Of a stretch of DNA of 60,932 bases, positions 47,102 to 60,825 are shown in pieces. A program made the translations under genes and the position numbers. The notes under the pieces are model-generated. The model searched no databases and was not told the origin of the DNA. It worked only from the letters and a program-made list of their open reading frames with translations. Location: the NCBI GenBank assembly GCA_001929475.1, contig LXFE01000491.1, forward strand, positions 1-60,932. Direction: 5' to 3'. Position 1 is the first letter of the stretch. Every line of letters begins with the position of its first letter. Source of the stretch: Neolecta irregularis DAH-3. Its lineage: Eukaryota.

Positions 47102-48509
47102 CTACAACCATTCACCCAAATGTCTTAATAGACTTCTCCCATGATGAATATGCACAGCTAGAAATAACGAACTCGGATCGCGTCGAGGTAATTCGCGGCC
47201 AAGAATCTTAGATACCTGGCTATTTGCAGTTATTGTCGTCCAATTGTTTATCCAACCGGCAAGAACGACATCCCGAGCAACCTCTGATAATCGTGTATCA
47301 TAACCACGAATCATCAACTCGAGTTCGGAAGGAATAACTGAGGCATCAAAATCTGGGACTTTTAAAACTTTGATTGGTAGAATCATGTCTTGAGCTACTT
47401 TATGAACTGTCAACTTTTGAAATTCTTCAACAGGGTTAGTTATCAAAGGACTGAATAAAACTTTTCCTCGGGCTTTTTCCTTTTCAGATCCAAGAGCATC
47501 CAGGATTTCCATGAATTTTTCAAAAGCAGACGTCGGACAAGTTAATTGTCGTCCAGAGCCAATACAATGGAATAAATTGTCTTTCAAGATTGGTGTCTGT
47601 TGTTCACCCTGGATTTGAGCTCGAAGAGCAGAGTGTAAGGAACAATCCAACGGACCTTGAAATATCGTGTTTGAGATATCAGAGACCAAGGCAATCAAGG
47701 TAGTAACATCGAAATTCAGCGTTTGGCTACCTGGAAATCCCCGGTCTAGTTCAACTGAAACGATTCTTTTGTCAACCGTTCTGTTCTGACCAAGGTAGAG
47801 TTCGACACCCAGACTAGTTATGTAGTCTAATATTCCATCGATGAAAACACTTTCGCCCCTTTCTAAATTTGGGATGATGAGGATGATTTGAGGTTGTATA
47901 TGCTGAATCTTGATCTTCTCCGCAGCCCGTAGCAATCGCTTTGCAGTCTTCACAATCGAGAATTCGTCAAATGGATACTGGTTATCTCCTTCATCATCTG
48001 AATCGACAATCATATCAGCAGTTTCGAATTCCAGAGATCGTTTTGTTGTGCCTGTTGATAATTTCACCCAAAGGAATCCATTATTCCCCACAATATCCAC
48101 TTTAACATGATCCGCCTTGCGAGAAGGTTTCCTCTCCACTTCATAATAAAAAGTCTTGGTAAGTGCAATGACATCCGGTATTAATTTGGCTTCCGTCCAA
48201 ACAGCTTTGTAAAACGGATAATTTGACGATGAAATCCCCGAATATTTAACGTTGTTGTTGCTGTTGTTGTCGTTATGGTTAGATACTGCTTTCTACCGTT
48301 TACCATGGTATGTCAAAATGAAGGAATTCACAGACCTCAAGGTAACCAACTTCAGATTTTACATTATTATGAAACGTTGAAATTTCGATTTTTTTAGTTT
48401 TTGTGCACATATCCAGACGAAACTCGCAAATTTCACTTTCAAGGCTTTTACAACATTCATATAGATCCAAAGATGAAATTTTATGTTTGCCTGATCCGTT
48501 TACAGTCAT
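47102..48509 (-). CDS. DUF1308 / UPF0415 (C7orf25-like) protein (2 exons)
   Basis: SSNYPFYKAVW, VDIVGNNGFLWVKL, TLNFDVTTLIALVSDISN and WTTITAN...HHGRSL. Confidence 0.85.
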
Positions 48510-48605
48510 TGAGGGGATACTGTAAGCCCGCCTTGTTGTGTATTGAGCTTTTGCGTTGCAGTCGTAGATCTCTTTCCCTAACCCACGCTTTCCTAAACCC
48601 GCCTG

Positions 48606-49040
48606 ATGTACGAAGAGACTATACAATCATTTCTCGAGAAATCAAATCTACTGATCCGAGCATATCCATCTGCTGTACGCTGTTTTTGTATTCGAAAGAG
48701 TTAAAGTTGTGCAGACACGGTTAACGACCACATACCGAGTTGACAAGCCCGGAAAAGCGCATCTTGTTATCAAAGCATATGAGCCCTCTTCAGGGACATG
48801 TATTCATTACAAGACGGACAAATCAGCCGAGATTGGCCGGTTGATGAGCGGAAAGGCGGCATTGGGTCAGATTATGCGATGTACAGGAGCAGGTCAATGT
48901 AATGAATAATTTGTTTAATTGCGACTGACAAAGGAGCTGTGCATCAACAGGCAGAAGCAATCACAAACAAGGCCGAGCAAGTGGAAATCAAAGTTCAGTC
49001 TGTATCTACAGCAAAAGGCAAGAAGAACAAAGGTAAATAG
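48606..49040 (+). CDS. SRP21: Signal recognition particle Alu-domain subunit Srp9/Srp21 (3 exons)
   Basis: FLEKSNLLIRAYPSA|TRLTTTY...LVIKAYEPSSGTCIHYKTDKSAEIGRL and a K-rich tail. Confidence 0.88.
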
Positions 49041-49239
49041 CTGAATAGAGCTCTTTATCATGATTTATCATAGTTGATTGCATATTCATAGAAATGTATC
49101 ATATTGAGAGACGTACAATCAACGCCTTTGACCCAAATCATTCACAAGAAATTGTCAAATGTACAGAACAAAAAACAACCATGCGCAGAAAAGAATAGAA
49201 CGAGAAGAGAGAAAATTATTGTCCGGAATTCAAGTCCAT

Positions 49240-50525
49240 CTAAAAGTCTTCATCAAGACAAAAGTCATGACCACTCTTTTGCGGAGTTCCCTCCTCCTTT
49301 GCATTCTGTTTATTCATAACGCCAGCTTTTTGGTATTCGGCGACACGTTTTTCAAAGAAATTAGTTTTTCCGGTCAGCGAGATGTTTTCCATCCATGGAA
49401 ATGGATTAGTAGCGTTGAAATATTTGGCATTTCCGAGAGCCAAAAGCAATCTATCGGCGACAAACTGGATGTATTGTTTCATGAGTTGAGCATTGATACC
49501 AAGAAGGGGACATGGCAGGGATTCTGTGAGAAACTCTTCTTCAATAGACACTGCCTCGACGATGATTTCTTCGACAATCTTCTTTGTTGGACGCTTTCGT
49601 AAATGTCTAAACAGGACACAAGCAAAATCAGTATGAAGTCCTTCATCACGCGAGATGAGCTCGTTTGAGAACGTGAGACCAGGCATGAGGCCTCGTTTCT
49701 AAAGGTAAGCGTGATTCTCTGAATCAAGACTACCTTTAGCCAAAAGATGGATGCAAAAGCACCGCTGAAGAAGATTCCTTCAACTGCGGCAAAAGCGATG
49801 AGCCGTTCGGCAAAGGAAGATTTTTTGTCTGCGATCCAGCGCAACGCCCAATCAGCCTTCTTCTTGATGCATGGGATAGTTTCGATAGCATCGAAAAGGT
49901 ATGTTCGCTGGGCTGGTTCCTTGATGTATGTGTCTATGAGGAGGGAATATGTCTCAGAGTGAATATTCTCAATCATGATCTGAAAGCCATAGAAACAACG
50001 GGCCTCAGGGACTTGGACTTCATTGCTGAAGCGTTCTAAGAGGTTTTCATTGACGATGCCGTCCGAGGCGGCGAAGAATGCGAGAATGTGGGAGATGAAA
50101 AAGCGCTCCTCGTCGTTGAGTTTGACGTCCCAGTCGTGGAGATCCTTGGAAAGGTCTATTTCCTCGGCGGTCCAAAAAGACGCCTCGGCCTTTTTGTACA
50201 TGTGCCAGATCTGGCGGTTTAGCAGGGCAAGGATATTAAAGAGAAAGCAGACCTCGTGGTACTTGATGGGGAAAAGCACGAATCTCTTCTTGTTTTCCTG
50301 CAACAAAGGTTCGTCCTGGTCGTCGAGGTCTGCATTCTTGGTGGAAACATCCAATTCCTGGATTGTCTGAGCTTGGTAGTCCTGATTGCTGCCCGCATTT
50401 TGAAAAGCAGCCTGCATTGCCTTGACGGAGGCATCGAGGCGGTGGTTGTCTAGATTCATGCTGTGCAGCTGGGGTGAAAACTGCATTGTAAGAAAACGAA
50501 AGAGAAACGAAAAAGCAGATACCAT
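49240..50525 (-). CDS. RNR2: Ribonucleotide reductase small subunit (class Ia beta; 4 exons)
   Basis: EPLL...[51 protein letters not shown] and C-terminal FCLDEDF. The ATG is followed directly by a 42-nt intron. Confidence 0.98.
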
Positions 50526-50754
50526 TTTGGAGGCGTATGGTCGAGAGTGCAACAAAAGCAACAACAAGGAATCGAGCGAGGGAGTCAGCCTCCGTCTACA
50601 ATCGCGGGCGCCATCTCCCGTTTAGGCAAAGCGGCGCTCGCCTCCATGAAAACAAAAGTGACTAGCACTGACTGCATTACATACAACGACAAAATATACA
50701 ACTCCACAATGCAGATTATACAGCGATTGCAAAACACTCCTCTTTTTTCCTCCA

Positions 50755-53623
50755 CTAGTACCCAGGAGTACCGTTGCGCTCTTCATAAAACTGCGACCCT
50801 GAAATCTGCGTGTGGCCAAGATCAGGCTCCAACCCAGTCTTTGCATCCCCAAACTTGCCACCATTCTCAAAGGTCGTACTCTGATACCCAATGCCTGAGT
50901 CTCGCTCCATCCTATCATTGATAGTCGCCGGCTGGTTGCGGTTAGGAGATTTGCGAGTAATCTTTCGCGGCGTCGGAAGATCGGCTGTAGCCTTGGCTGA
51001 TCCAATATCATAGACCGGCGTTTGCCAGTTCTCGCCTTCGCGTGCTAGTTTCTTGTACTCGGTAGCACGAGTGCTGATGCCGCCATCCAGTTTGATGTTT
51101 GGGAAAAGTGACTCTTCCGGCGTAGTAGCAACATTCAGCTTGGTTCGTTGGGCTCGCTTCTTGGCTTGCTTCTTGGTCTCGAGAGCCCGCTGTTTAATGG
51201 CAGAATACCACAAACTGAAAAGGTTCCTCGCTTCGCCTTCCGGATCACCAGATTCCGCAATCTGCTTCTTGGATTTTTCAACTTCCTTGTGGAGTTCCCA
51301 CACGTAGGAATCCAAACTGTCCACTTGATCTCGGACTTGTTTCTGGATAATCTTTTCAAGTGCACTGGTAGCCGGCTTGAGGAACAGGCTCTTACCAATG
51401 GCCAAAAGAAACCTAAAACATAAGAATAGCGTGTAAATGAGTGCAGTACTTGTGTTTCGACTTCTTGATATTGATTTTCATTCCATGGATCTTTACTTTG
51501 ATATCCTCAATCTTGAAAAAGCGATTGTTATCCGTCTTATCGGCAGTGGCCATTGAAATATCAATATCAATGCCTCGACCGCCCATAAAGAAATCGGTCA
51601 CACCTTGGTCGACAAACTTGATGCCTTGCTTGCGATGAATGTAGTATGAAACGTCATGTAAATCACATTGAATCTGTGAAAGATGAATTTTGAATTTGTT
51701 GTTGTTCTTGTTACTTATTTGGCGTCGAGGGCTGTATTTGATAGTATTTTCACTCTAGCACATGTCAGCATAGCAATGACTTGCTCAATACCCTGATTTC
51801 AAACAAGTTTGGAAGAAGATTTTGTGCCTCAATAATAAGATTTTCAATTATAAAATCTGCTTGAGGATCGCTAACTTCGAGTCGAGGAATCGGAACATAT
51901 TGGAGACCCATAAAGAAATCAGGAATGAGAATATTTGCAATATCTTTAAGCAGATGGGGTTTAAATTTAAGCTGTTCATTCTCATCTTGACGGAGATCAT
52001 TCAAAAGTTTCTGAACAGAGTTTCCAAAGCGAACATTCTCTTCGTCGTTACCAAATGCTTCGACAAAAAGTTTGATTTCGTCGAGAACCCTGTCGGAATG
52101 CTCTCTATACCGCTAGATATTAAGTATAAATCTAACAGTAATGCGCATACCTCGCGAAGGAGATATCCGCCCTCATCAGAGAGACCATTCCATTCACGTG
52201 TTGATTCATCGCGCAGTACGTAACCTGTCTCCTTCAAACACTTGCGGATATAAACATTGAGCTAAAAAGGATTAGGCGCTGGCGGAAGAACATACTAATC
52301 ACACCTTTTGAAACCATTTCTTGAATTGTGGATTATCTTGAGCGTCTTGACGCAAATTATCGAGAGCTTCAAAGATATCATCCATTGAAGTATAGTTTGC
52401 AAAATTCTCGAGGAGAGTCTGTTCAAATTAGCAGAGATATCTCTAGCATATATACTTGAAGTTCGCTTTGAGCGGACTGAATATGATTGTCTTCTTTAGC
52501 TTCACTAGCAGATTTTGTACTGTCAACAGTGACCGTCTTGACATGCTGGCCATATCGTTCTGAGAGATATAACAAAGTCTCGATAGCTGAATCATAGTCG
52601 TCGTGCTGCTGGATTTCCACAATCATTTTCTTGAGTCTGTGTATTATATGAGTTCGTCGTTCTTTAGAGACCTTGTCCGAGAAGTAGTCCTTGGTATTTT
52701 GCCAGGTCTCTTTTGTCTTATCCTTGTCCTCTTCCGGGATACGTTGACCCATTTGATCAACCGCAGCTGACGCTCCTGCATTGATTTCGGCCTTGTTGTC
52801 TCCCTGCTGCTCTGAAGAATCGTTGGCCTGTCTCTGAACTGCGGCGGCATTGTTCTGAGCTTTACTCGCGAGATCATCCTTGTCGCCGAGCCACTGGTCT
52901 TTGAGATTGCTCAGAGTAACATTAGGAACATCGTGCCAAGTGTTGTCAGCCGCTGGCTCGTCAATCTTTTGAAGCTCATGCTCACTGGGTCGGAATTTTA
53001 TGATAGCTTTATCGGTGGCATCTGAAGCCATATCCCGAAGAAGCACAGTAGCATCATGAAGAAGCTTTCGAAATTGTCCATTGGTAATAATAAGAGTCCC
53101 AAGTGTTTGAAGGCCATCGAGAATATCGCCGCCATCTTTCTTAGCCTGGTCTTGTGAAACAGGTGCATTCACATCACCTATGAATTAGTTTTACGTCATC
53201 GTAAAGTGACAACGTACTGGTGTTTGGTGACGCTTGTGAACAATACCAGAGGAACTTTTGAAAGTGATCGCCAGAGGTCTTGGTAAGAAAAAGCATTTTT
53301 GCTTGCTCAATTATATCCCTCAGGTCAGTAACGAGCTTCTGGCCATCTTCTGAAAGCTCTTTCTTAGGATGCTTAAGATAGGGCGATTCAATGGCAGCAT
53401 TCATAGCAACATCAATCTGACTGTTTGAGGGAAACTTGTTTCCAGACTTCAAAGCTGCTTACTTAGAGATGATTCCATTACGTCAACGCATACCCTGAAA
53501 AATCCCATAAAGACGAAGCTTTCGGTCCACATCTTCGTCGCGCTTCTTCGGGTCTGTAGGAGCAGTGACAGCAGATTTGGAAGGATTTTCCGATATTTCT
53601 TGGCGGGCACCGGAAGATGACAT
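50755..53623 (-). CDS. DUF4449/DUF5923-like protein (S. pombe C32A11.02c-like; about 8 exons)
   Basis: DVDRKLRLYGIF, KFPSNSQID, GLQTLGTLIITNGQFRKLL, RLKKMIVEIQQH, YVPIPRLEVSD and DFFMGGRG. Confidence 0.8.
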
Positions 53624-54038
53624 TTCTTGTTGTAATCAAAAGGCGGTGGAGGTGAGGGACGACCATGTTATATAACTAAAAAGTATGGCGATGCGCCCTA
53701 GGCACTGCAACGACGCAAATATGGCGTCAGTGGCTTGGTCTGAGATTTACTCCTCGTGCATTATTTCATTGTTACTAAAGGAGACTCGATCGAATGAGTT
53801 ATCAGAAATTATAAGCAATTTTCGTATACAATCCTCTATTTATACCTATGATTATCCCAGATTAGCCAAAAACCTATGCAATACACAACAAATGGACAAA
53901 TTGCAGATAGACAATCAGAGGAAACAACTTCTAAAGAGGGTACACAATAGAATCAATCCAGCAAGATGGTCCAGTTTTCAAGCAGCTATTACCTCCACAG
54001 TCACATGTCATTAAACGATGTGTTCGATGGATCAAACG

Positions 54039-55799
54039 TCAGACTAGGGTTATTAGCTTTGTACCTGACATCTCATACTCGTTGCCTTGGCCACCAATCA
54101 TTTGTTGAGGGAATGATGTTGGGATGGCATTCTGCATCATGCAAGCCGGAGTGTTGAATGGTTGGTTGTGATATTGTTCCCACATAGTATCTGGTCTTCG
54201 TGTGGGCAATGTATTAAAGTTGACTCCAATCAACTGTGAATGGTCCAAATCATAAGTCTGGGTCAATGGCATTTGAGGAGGGTTTATGATGCCTGAAGAA
54301 CCGTGATTGACATACCCTCCACCAAATATAGGAGCTCCATAATTTGCATCCAATGATGTTGCGACAAACTCTGAACCAACCATAGAAGCAGGTGTACCAG
54401 CAACTGGTATCGAGAAATTTGCCACTGTATCCTCCTCAAAACCGCTTGTGTTGCAGCGGAGAGGGTGTCCGAGTCCGCTGTTTGCCCCAGCGAAGAGCGG
54501 ATGATGAGGTACAGTTCCTTCAGGAAGGATCGGTAAAGACTGGCTTCGGTGTCGTCGAATGTACTGAAATGGATGGTTGAATCCCGAATGAAGGTCTAAA
54601 TTGGAAATTTGCGACATAGTCGAATGAAGCGAATGACCAGATGCCGATCCTGCGATACCTACACCGGCTTGAGACTCAATATCACCACTTGAATCATAGA
54701 ATGAATCATGAGCCTCCGCCACTGTATCTTTGTAGTGAATTAGGTTGGCGATACTAGGGTTGGCAGTGGTGAGTTCTTGAAATTGTTGTTTGAGTATCTT
54801 TAAAGGACCAATGATGACATGCTGTAGAACAGTTGATCCCTGCAAGTCTTCTGTGAAGTCTTCACATCGCTGCCACCCGCCGGCAGATGGAACTTCCATG
54901 TAGAAGATTGGGGGTCCAGATAATGTCAAAGTAGCTTTTCCAAACCGCTTCTGAATCTTATTGGTACTGTATGGTATTTGTTGAATTGGTTGGAGAATAA
55001 TTGCAGATATTGCTGCGAGAGGGAACTCTAGTTTGTAGCCCGTAGAATTGCTGTTGATATAATATGTGAAACAATAGTCGCTTACGGAGAAGTAACAGAC
55101 GAGATCCATCGATGTTTGAGCAGCTCGATGCCATGTTCCAATTGTCAGTGTCTTGCAGGCAAGTTGGGTGATGACAACCCGAGAGTTTGCAGCAGCAAGA
55201 GGAACCAAGTAAGATGGAGGTCTCTGTATCATCGAGCCGGACATTGGATGGTAAGTATGGGATCTCATCATAGATGGTCTCCCATCCATTCCAAGATCCG
55301 AGTCTGTGAATCCAGACATGGGGGATTCGGTTGATGCATCTGGATCTTCAGCACCACGACGCTGCAAGAGCTTCATTTTGGCACGACTAAAGCTGGTTAG
55401 TCATCCAAGATTAAGCTCGCACCGATTCTGAAACCAGATTTGGACGCTTCTCTCTGTCATTTGGATTGTCTGAGCAAGCGCCTGGCGAACTTTTGAGTTG
55501 GGAGTAGGATTGACAGCAAAGGTTTCTTCTAGAACCGAAAGTTGTTCTAAAGTAGCACGTTGACGCTTCTTGTTGACTTGCTGCTGTGTCAGACCAGAGG
55601 ATCGATATCGACTTGGCGAAGACTTTCGACTGCCAACAGAAGGGGGCGAGGGCGTAGGGTTTGCAGGAGATGGAGAATCATTGCTAGTATAATCTCCATG
55701 AGTCATATACGCTTCCGAAATTGACCCCGTGGGATAAATTGAGCTTGAATACATGGTAAAATCCAAAATGCCCTGATCTGCGCCGCACTTTTGTGACAT
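54039..55799 (-). CDS. Homeodomain transcription factor, Phx1/Pah1/Hoy1-like (2 exons)
   Basis: KKRQRATLEQLSVLEETF...MTERSVQIWFQNR|RAKMK, then CKTLTIGTWHR...DLVCYFS...GYKLEFPL..I...WQRCEDFTE. Confidence 0.9.
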
Positions 55800-56888
55800 T
55801 AATAGTTGTGAACGGAATAGCGAATTCGCCGGATTCGTGACCTGCAGAGGAATGAGATGACACGTAAAGAAGTTGACGGTACCAGACGTAGCTCCAGACT
55901 TGTCGTTAAAAGCAAGTAAACCCAACTTCCTGAGGTTATAAAGAACGTAGAGAATTGCGAAATGAACCCCTGTAGCCTGACAGGAGATGGATTTAAGAGA
56001 CAAACCAGAGCTTGAGCAGCTCTCGACAGGGGCCGGTCGGATAATAAGAAGACAGAGAGCCCAAATGCTGGATCTGAGACCTTTAGGCTTTACACAAAGA
56101 AAGGCTGACTCTGGCTGCTGAGACCGTGCCAAGAACCGAAAGGAAGCCGCCGCAAACTGGGTCTGGCCGAGCAGGGGCGGGGACAAAGGCGGCAAGCCAA
56201 GATGCGAAACCCCAAGGGAAGAAAGAGAAATGAAGGACTGGACCTGCCTGTGCAGGAGAATCGTAAAGCGAAAACGATAATGTTGGATAGGAAAAGTTGG
56301 GTTTATGCTTGGTTTTAACCGCACCCCCAGGGAACACAATCGCCATCCAACCGGGCATTTTAGAGTTAGTCTATTGCGCGAGCTAGAGATCCTGAGATTG
56401 TCGAGGCGATCGTTTTTATTTATTTATCCGGGCAGGGCTATAAACGGCCGCATAGACAAGTGCCCATAGCAGGCGCGAATAGTATTTCCGTCACAGTGCT
56501 GTTATCTGTATTACGGCGGAAAAGACTGCAGTTGCAGGCAGACACAGCATTGAAGCGTGTTTGAGGCACCATATGCGGGCAAAAGCCGCATGTTTCACTA
56601 ATGTTTTAGGAGGTTGCCAAAAGTTGCCTTAAAGAGAGATCAGTGACATCGATGGCTGGTCGTATGGGCGCTGCTTAGCAAGAAATTATCTCGCCACCCC
56701 TGAGGTGGGTTCGACAGTATTCCCATTTGTACAAAACACCAGATGGGTTACCGGCTGGGACTATACACAGCCGGCCTCTATATAGAAAGACAAACTCCTA
56801 AAAAGAAACTCCGAGTCAGTTGACCACCCATTAAAGACCGCTCTCGAGTCGAGATCGCTGATCGATTGTTGAAACTTGACATGCCAGA

Positions 56889-59800
56889 TCACATGGAACT
56901 GCCAATGTCTGGCGAATTCCGGGTCAAAGTGAGACCTGAAGCCGCGCTGTCTTGCGATGAGCCTTTGAACTTTAGCTTTTTTGACTTGAGCGCCACGGGC
57001 AGCTGCAAGAGGGACTCTTGCAGCCAGCTCGCCTGCAGTTCAGTCGCAGCATCCAACTCAAGGCGGGCTTTCGTAATCGGATCGCGTTCGAGTTCCTGAA
57101 ATATATCGGTGTCGGTAGGGAACAGGATTCCGCGAATAGTGATCAAGGCGACGTCGAAAAATATACAAGCGGCAAGGGTACAAAACACAGTCAACCAAAA
57201 AGGCAAGTGGCGGCCAAAGCCCATCGTCAAGTTGCTTCGCACATTGTAAACGATATTATTCGAATATGTGAAACTGAGGATAATGTTCCAAAGGAACCTA
57301 TAGCCATTAGCTGTATCTCTGCCAAATATTACCATCCTGAAACAGTAAGAAAGGAACTGAGATAGACGATAAACGTCAAATTATGCATCTCGATATACAG
57401 CAATTTAAAGCAAATAATGACAACGGCACATGTATACGTGAGATTTCCCAGCGTATAGAGCTGGATGTGACCTGAATGGGCAGAAGAGGACCCATATGTT
57501 TTGTAAGGGATGAAAAACAATGCAAATGCCTGCAAAGCCGCGACAAGCATCCAACCAAAATAAATCCTTGTATTAAAGGCCTTGTTTTGATTGCCTTTGG
57601 TGTATAGCTCGGGAACCGCAATTAGTGTCGTCGCAGATAAATCCTTTAGGAAAATTCCAATGACAAATACCGGAAGCGAAGTGAATAGTGTATTGAACAT
57701 GGACAATGACCATTGCTCGTACAAACTAGTCCCTGTGAATCCGCAGAAATATTGGAATATAGCTTGAGTGAGGTAAAACTCCAATTCCTTGTAAAAAGTG
57801 CCCAATGTGTATTTTGAAAGGCGCACGTAATTCCATCGACCGTGAACGAGGAGCAGCTTTACCAAGAAGCGAAATTGAGCGATTGAATAATCAGAGCATC
57901 GAGCAGCTTGTAATCCTTCCTTTCCAGTAATTCCAATACCCACATGTGCCTCCTGGATCATTGCAATATCGTTTGCGCCATCTCCGATTGCCAGGATGAC
58001 TGATTTTTTGACTCTCTTTCGAACGCCGGATACCATCGAAGCCTTTTGGCTAGGACTCGCGCGACAGCAAATTACAGAGTCGGCTTTAATCGCCAGGTCC
58101 ATGAATAATGTAAGAAGCGTTTCGTCGTCTTCGATACTGGCGAGAGTAAACCCGTCGATAACAACGACCGTATGTGCATTTCGCCCGTCACAAATATCAA
58201 ACACTGCTTGTGCCATCCGTCCGACCATGTCGACGCTGGCTAGATCGAGGATAACAAGAGTTGAATATTCCTTGATCATTCGGCATGAATGTCCAATGTT
58301 GATTGCCGTTTCACGTTTATCGCCGGTCAACATCCATAGTTTTATACCGGCCCTTCGAAGTTTATCGATTGCTTCCGGAACGCCGGCTTGCAGTTTATCC
58401 TCGATGGCAGTAGCCCCGCCCAATTCGAAATCTCTTTCAATAATTTCAGCAGCGTGTTCGATCTTTTCTTGGCGGTCGACGAGACTGGTGGTGGCTTCAT
58501 GGTACAAGCGACGCCAGGAATTGTATTCTTGTTCCTTGAGCAATCGGTGACCGTACAAGAGGGTGCGAAGTCCTTCTGTTGCGAAATCTTGGATATGCTG
58601 GTAGGTCCGTTGTAAAACTAGACTATCTTCGCGAACGATGCTGTCCTCGATATCAATGTTGACTATAGATGTAACAGTTGGAGACATGTGTACAGACGGC
58701 GGTGGGTAGATGTCACCATGTTCTTGTCCCTCGAGGTTCCTCTGCCGAAGCCAGGTATCCAGCGTGCGAGCAGAGTTGAACGGGTTCGTACTAACACTGG
58801 GTCGAGCAATGTTTAAACTGGGCCGAGCGGCAGACACGCTATTTCTAGCCATTGCACGTTCTGCGGCAATACTCTTTCGGTATATAGTCTGTTGGTGCAC
58901 GGTTTGTGATTTTTCCCTGGCGAGATCAGTAAGGCGCAAGCGAGCGGTCATAATCGAGTCGGCCCCTTTACAAAATATGCAAATGCGACCATCGGGAAAA
59001 CGAAGGATAATTGACATTCGTTTGCGAGCGCTGGAGAATTCAATCACGTCCAGGATGGAATAGATTTCGATGACAGGTTTATCAGGACCATTGGGGAAAC
59101 TCTTGATAGTGACTGTGTTGACGCTACGATCGATATTGATGTAGCCCAACTCTTTTGCAGCAGTGACTAGAGCGACCTCGTCTGGAGAAGCAGCTTGGTA
59201 TGTACACTCGCCGTTGTCTTCGCGCTTGGGTAAACAGGTATGACAGAGAGCCAAGGCCAGCAAGAAGAATCGCGCACGCCGGGCATATAGTTTATGAGGA
59301 TGCGTTTGGATATAATGAAGCAAATCCAGTGTGGTGTAGCATGGTTGCACTTTCATCGGATCCGCAGACGACTTCCACTGCGAAGCAGTTGAACCAGCAC
59401 GCTGGAGATTAGACCTCAGGAAATCGACTGATTTCGACTCTGTAGGTGGATTGTAGGATTCCATTTCCAGAGCAGTATTTGCAGAAAGAGACGCGCTTCG
59501 CAAGAGGTGTTTTTTGCCTTTGACTTTGCGGTGTTTGTGATGCAGAAAGAGTTTTCCGGCTCCTGCTTCTGCTTCGCGTTGAATATCGAGCTCATGTAGC
59601 CAGGCGTAACCTGCGATCGAAAGCTTGCGAAAAACCATAATATTGTCAGTCAAGGTTCCCGTTTTATCGGAAAAGATAAAACTACAGGTCAGGAGATGTT
59701 TGTAAATGTACAATACCTAACTTGGCCTAGTTCTTCGTTTAGAGTTGCGGTTCGAGCTTCAGCGGGAGTATCAGACTCTGCATGGTACATGTCGATATCC

Positions 59801-60815
59801 TGCTCCAAAAGAAACTTTTGGCAAAGTTTGATGATTTCCATGCTCACGTAAAGGGACAGGGGGATTAAAGTGTTGAAGAGAATGACAAAAGAAGCAGCGA
59901 TAGGCATAAATGAAATGCGACCGCCTTCAAGATACCACGAATCATTTTCGGTGCTGGAGTGCCAGAATTGGTAGGCAGAGGTACAAAAGATTGCGAGAGC
60001 AATGACAAAGATGACGACTATAATAACGACTTTATTGACTCGCGCTTGTAAACTCGGAGCTTTGGTACGCACGAATTTTTTGGAATTCATACGAATTTTC
60101 GATTCTTCTCCGCAGAAAACAACGAATCCGATGGCTGATTCTACATTTCGCAAAACGCTTCCTCGGTAAATAATATGGTGATTTGTCAGCGAAAATGTTT
60201 GCGAGAGAGCGGTTATATTTCCTTGAAAGTTGTACAGGTCCTGATTGGGTTGTTCTGAATATAATACTGCGCGAAACAGGGCGAGGTTGTCGTCTGAACG
60301 GCATTGTTCGCTGACAGTCTGAAGCGCTACTTTGCTTTTGAGATTAGTTTCGCCGTCTAGAGCAGCAGTCTCGACATGTGCCGATCCGTCTTCGCCAGTG
60401 GAGTGCAGTAATATAATATCTGCAGGGACCCAGTCGTTCTGTTCAAGCTGAATAATATCACCGACTCTGATATCTTTCCATTTTGTAATGAGCCAGTGTG
60501 TTTTTGGCCGAAAGACTTTGGTGTGCTTGTTATTTTCTTCTTGGTCTTGTTTATGTCTCCTGTAGTCATCGCAGCCCTCTCGCGCCATAGAAACGGAGAG
60601 AAAGAAAAAGAGGGGGACGATGGTTGTATAGTTTCCTGTAGTCGACCATTCAGGAATCTAGACATGAATTTCGTCATAGCAACAGGGTACCATTTGCAAA
60701 ATAGAAACCAAAAGGAAATACCTAAGGTCAGCGTGTTCAGGGAGCAATTGCACAAATTAGCGATTTTTGAAAACTGGGCCCAGATTTGCCGAGGGAGAAA
60801 GTTGTAGATGGTGTA
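56889..60815 (-). CDS. P4-type ATPase phospholipid flippase, Dnf3-like; 5' end lost in a gap
   Basis: ETAALDGETNLK, LIPLSLYVSME, IFSDKTGTLT, YQAASPDEVAL, WMLTGDKRETAINIG and GDGANDIAMIQEAHVGIGITGKEGLQAAR. Confidence 0.95.
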
Positions 60816-60825
60816 NNNNNNNNNN

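Noticed and set aside
6364-50525. Cell-cycle or DNA-repair gene cluster (MAD2, cdt2, RAD5, RNR2)
   Set aside because: The genes are dispersed among unrelated housekeeping genes, as expected by chance in a compact genome.
56650-56730. tRNA-like GGTTCGAC motif
   Set aside because: I could not form a cloverleaf, T-stem or acceptor stem.
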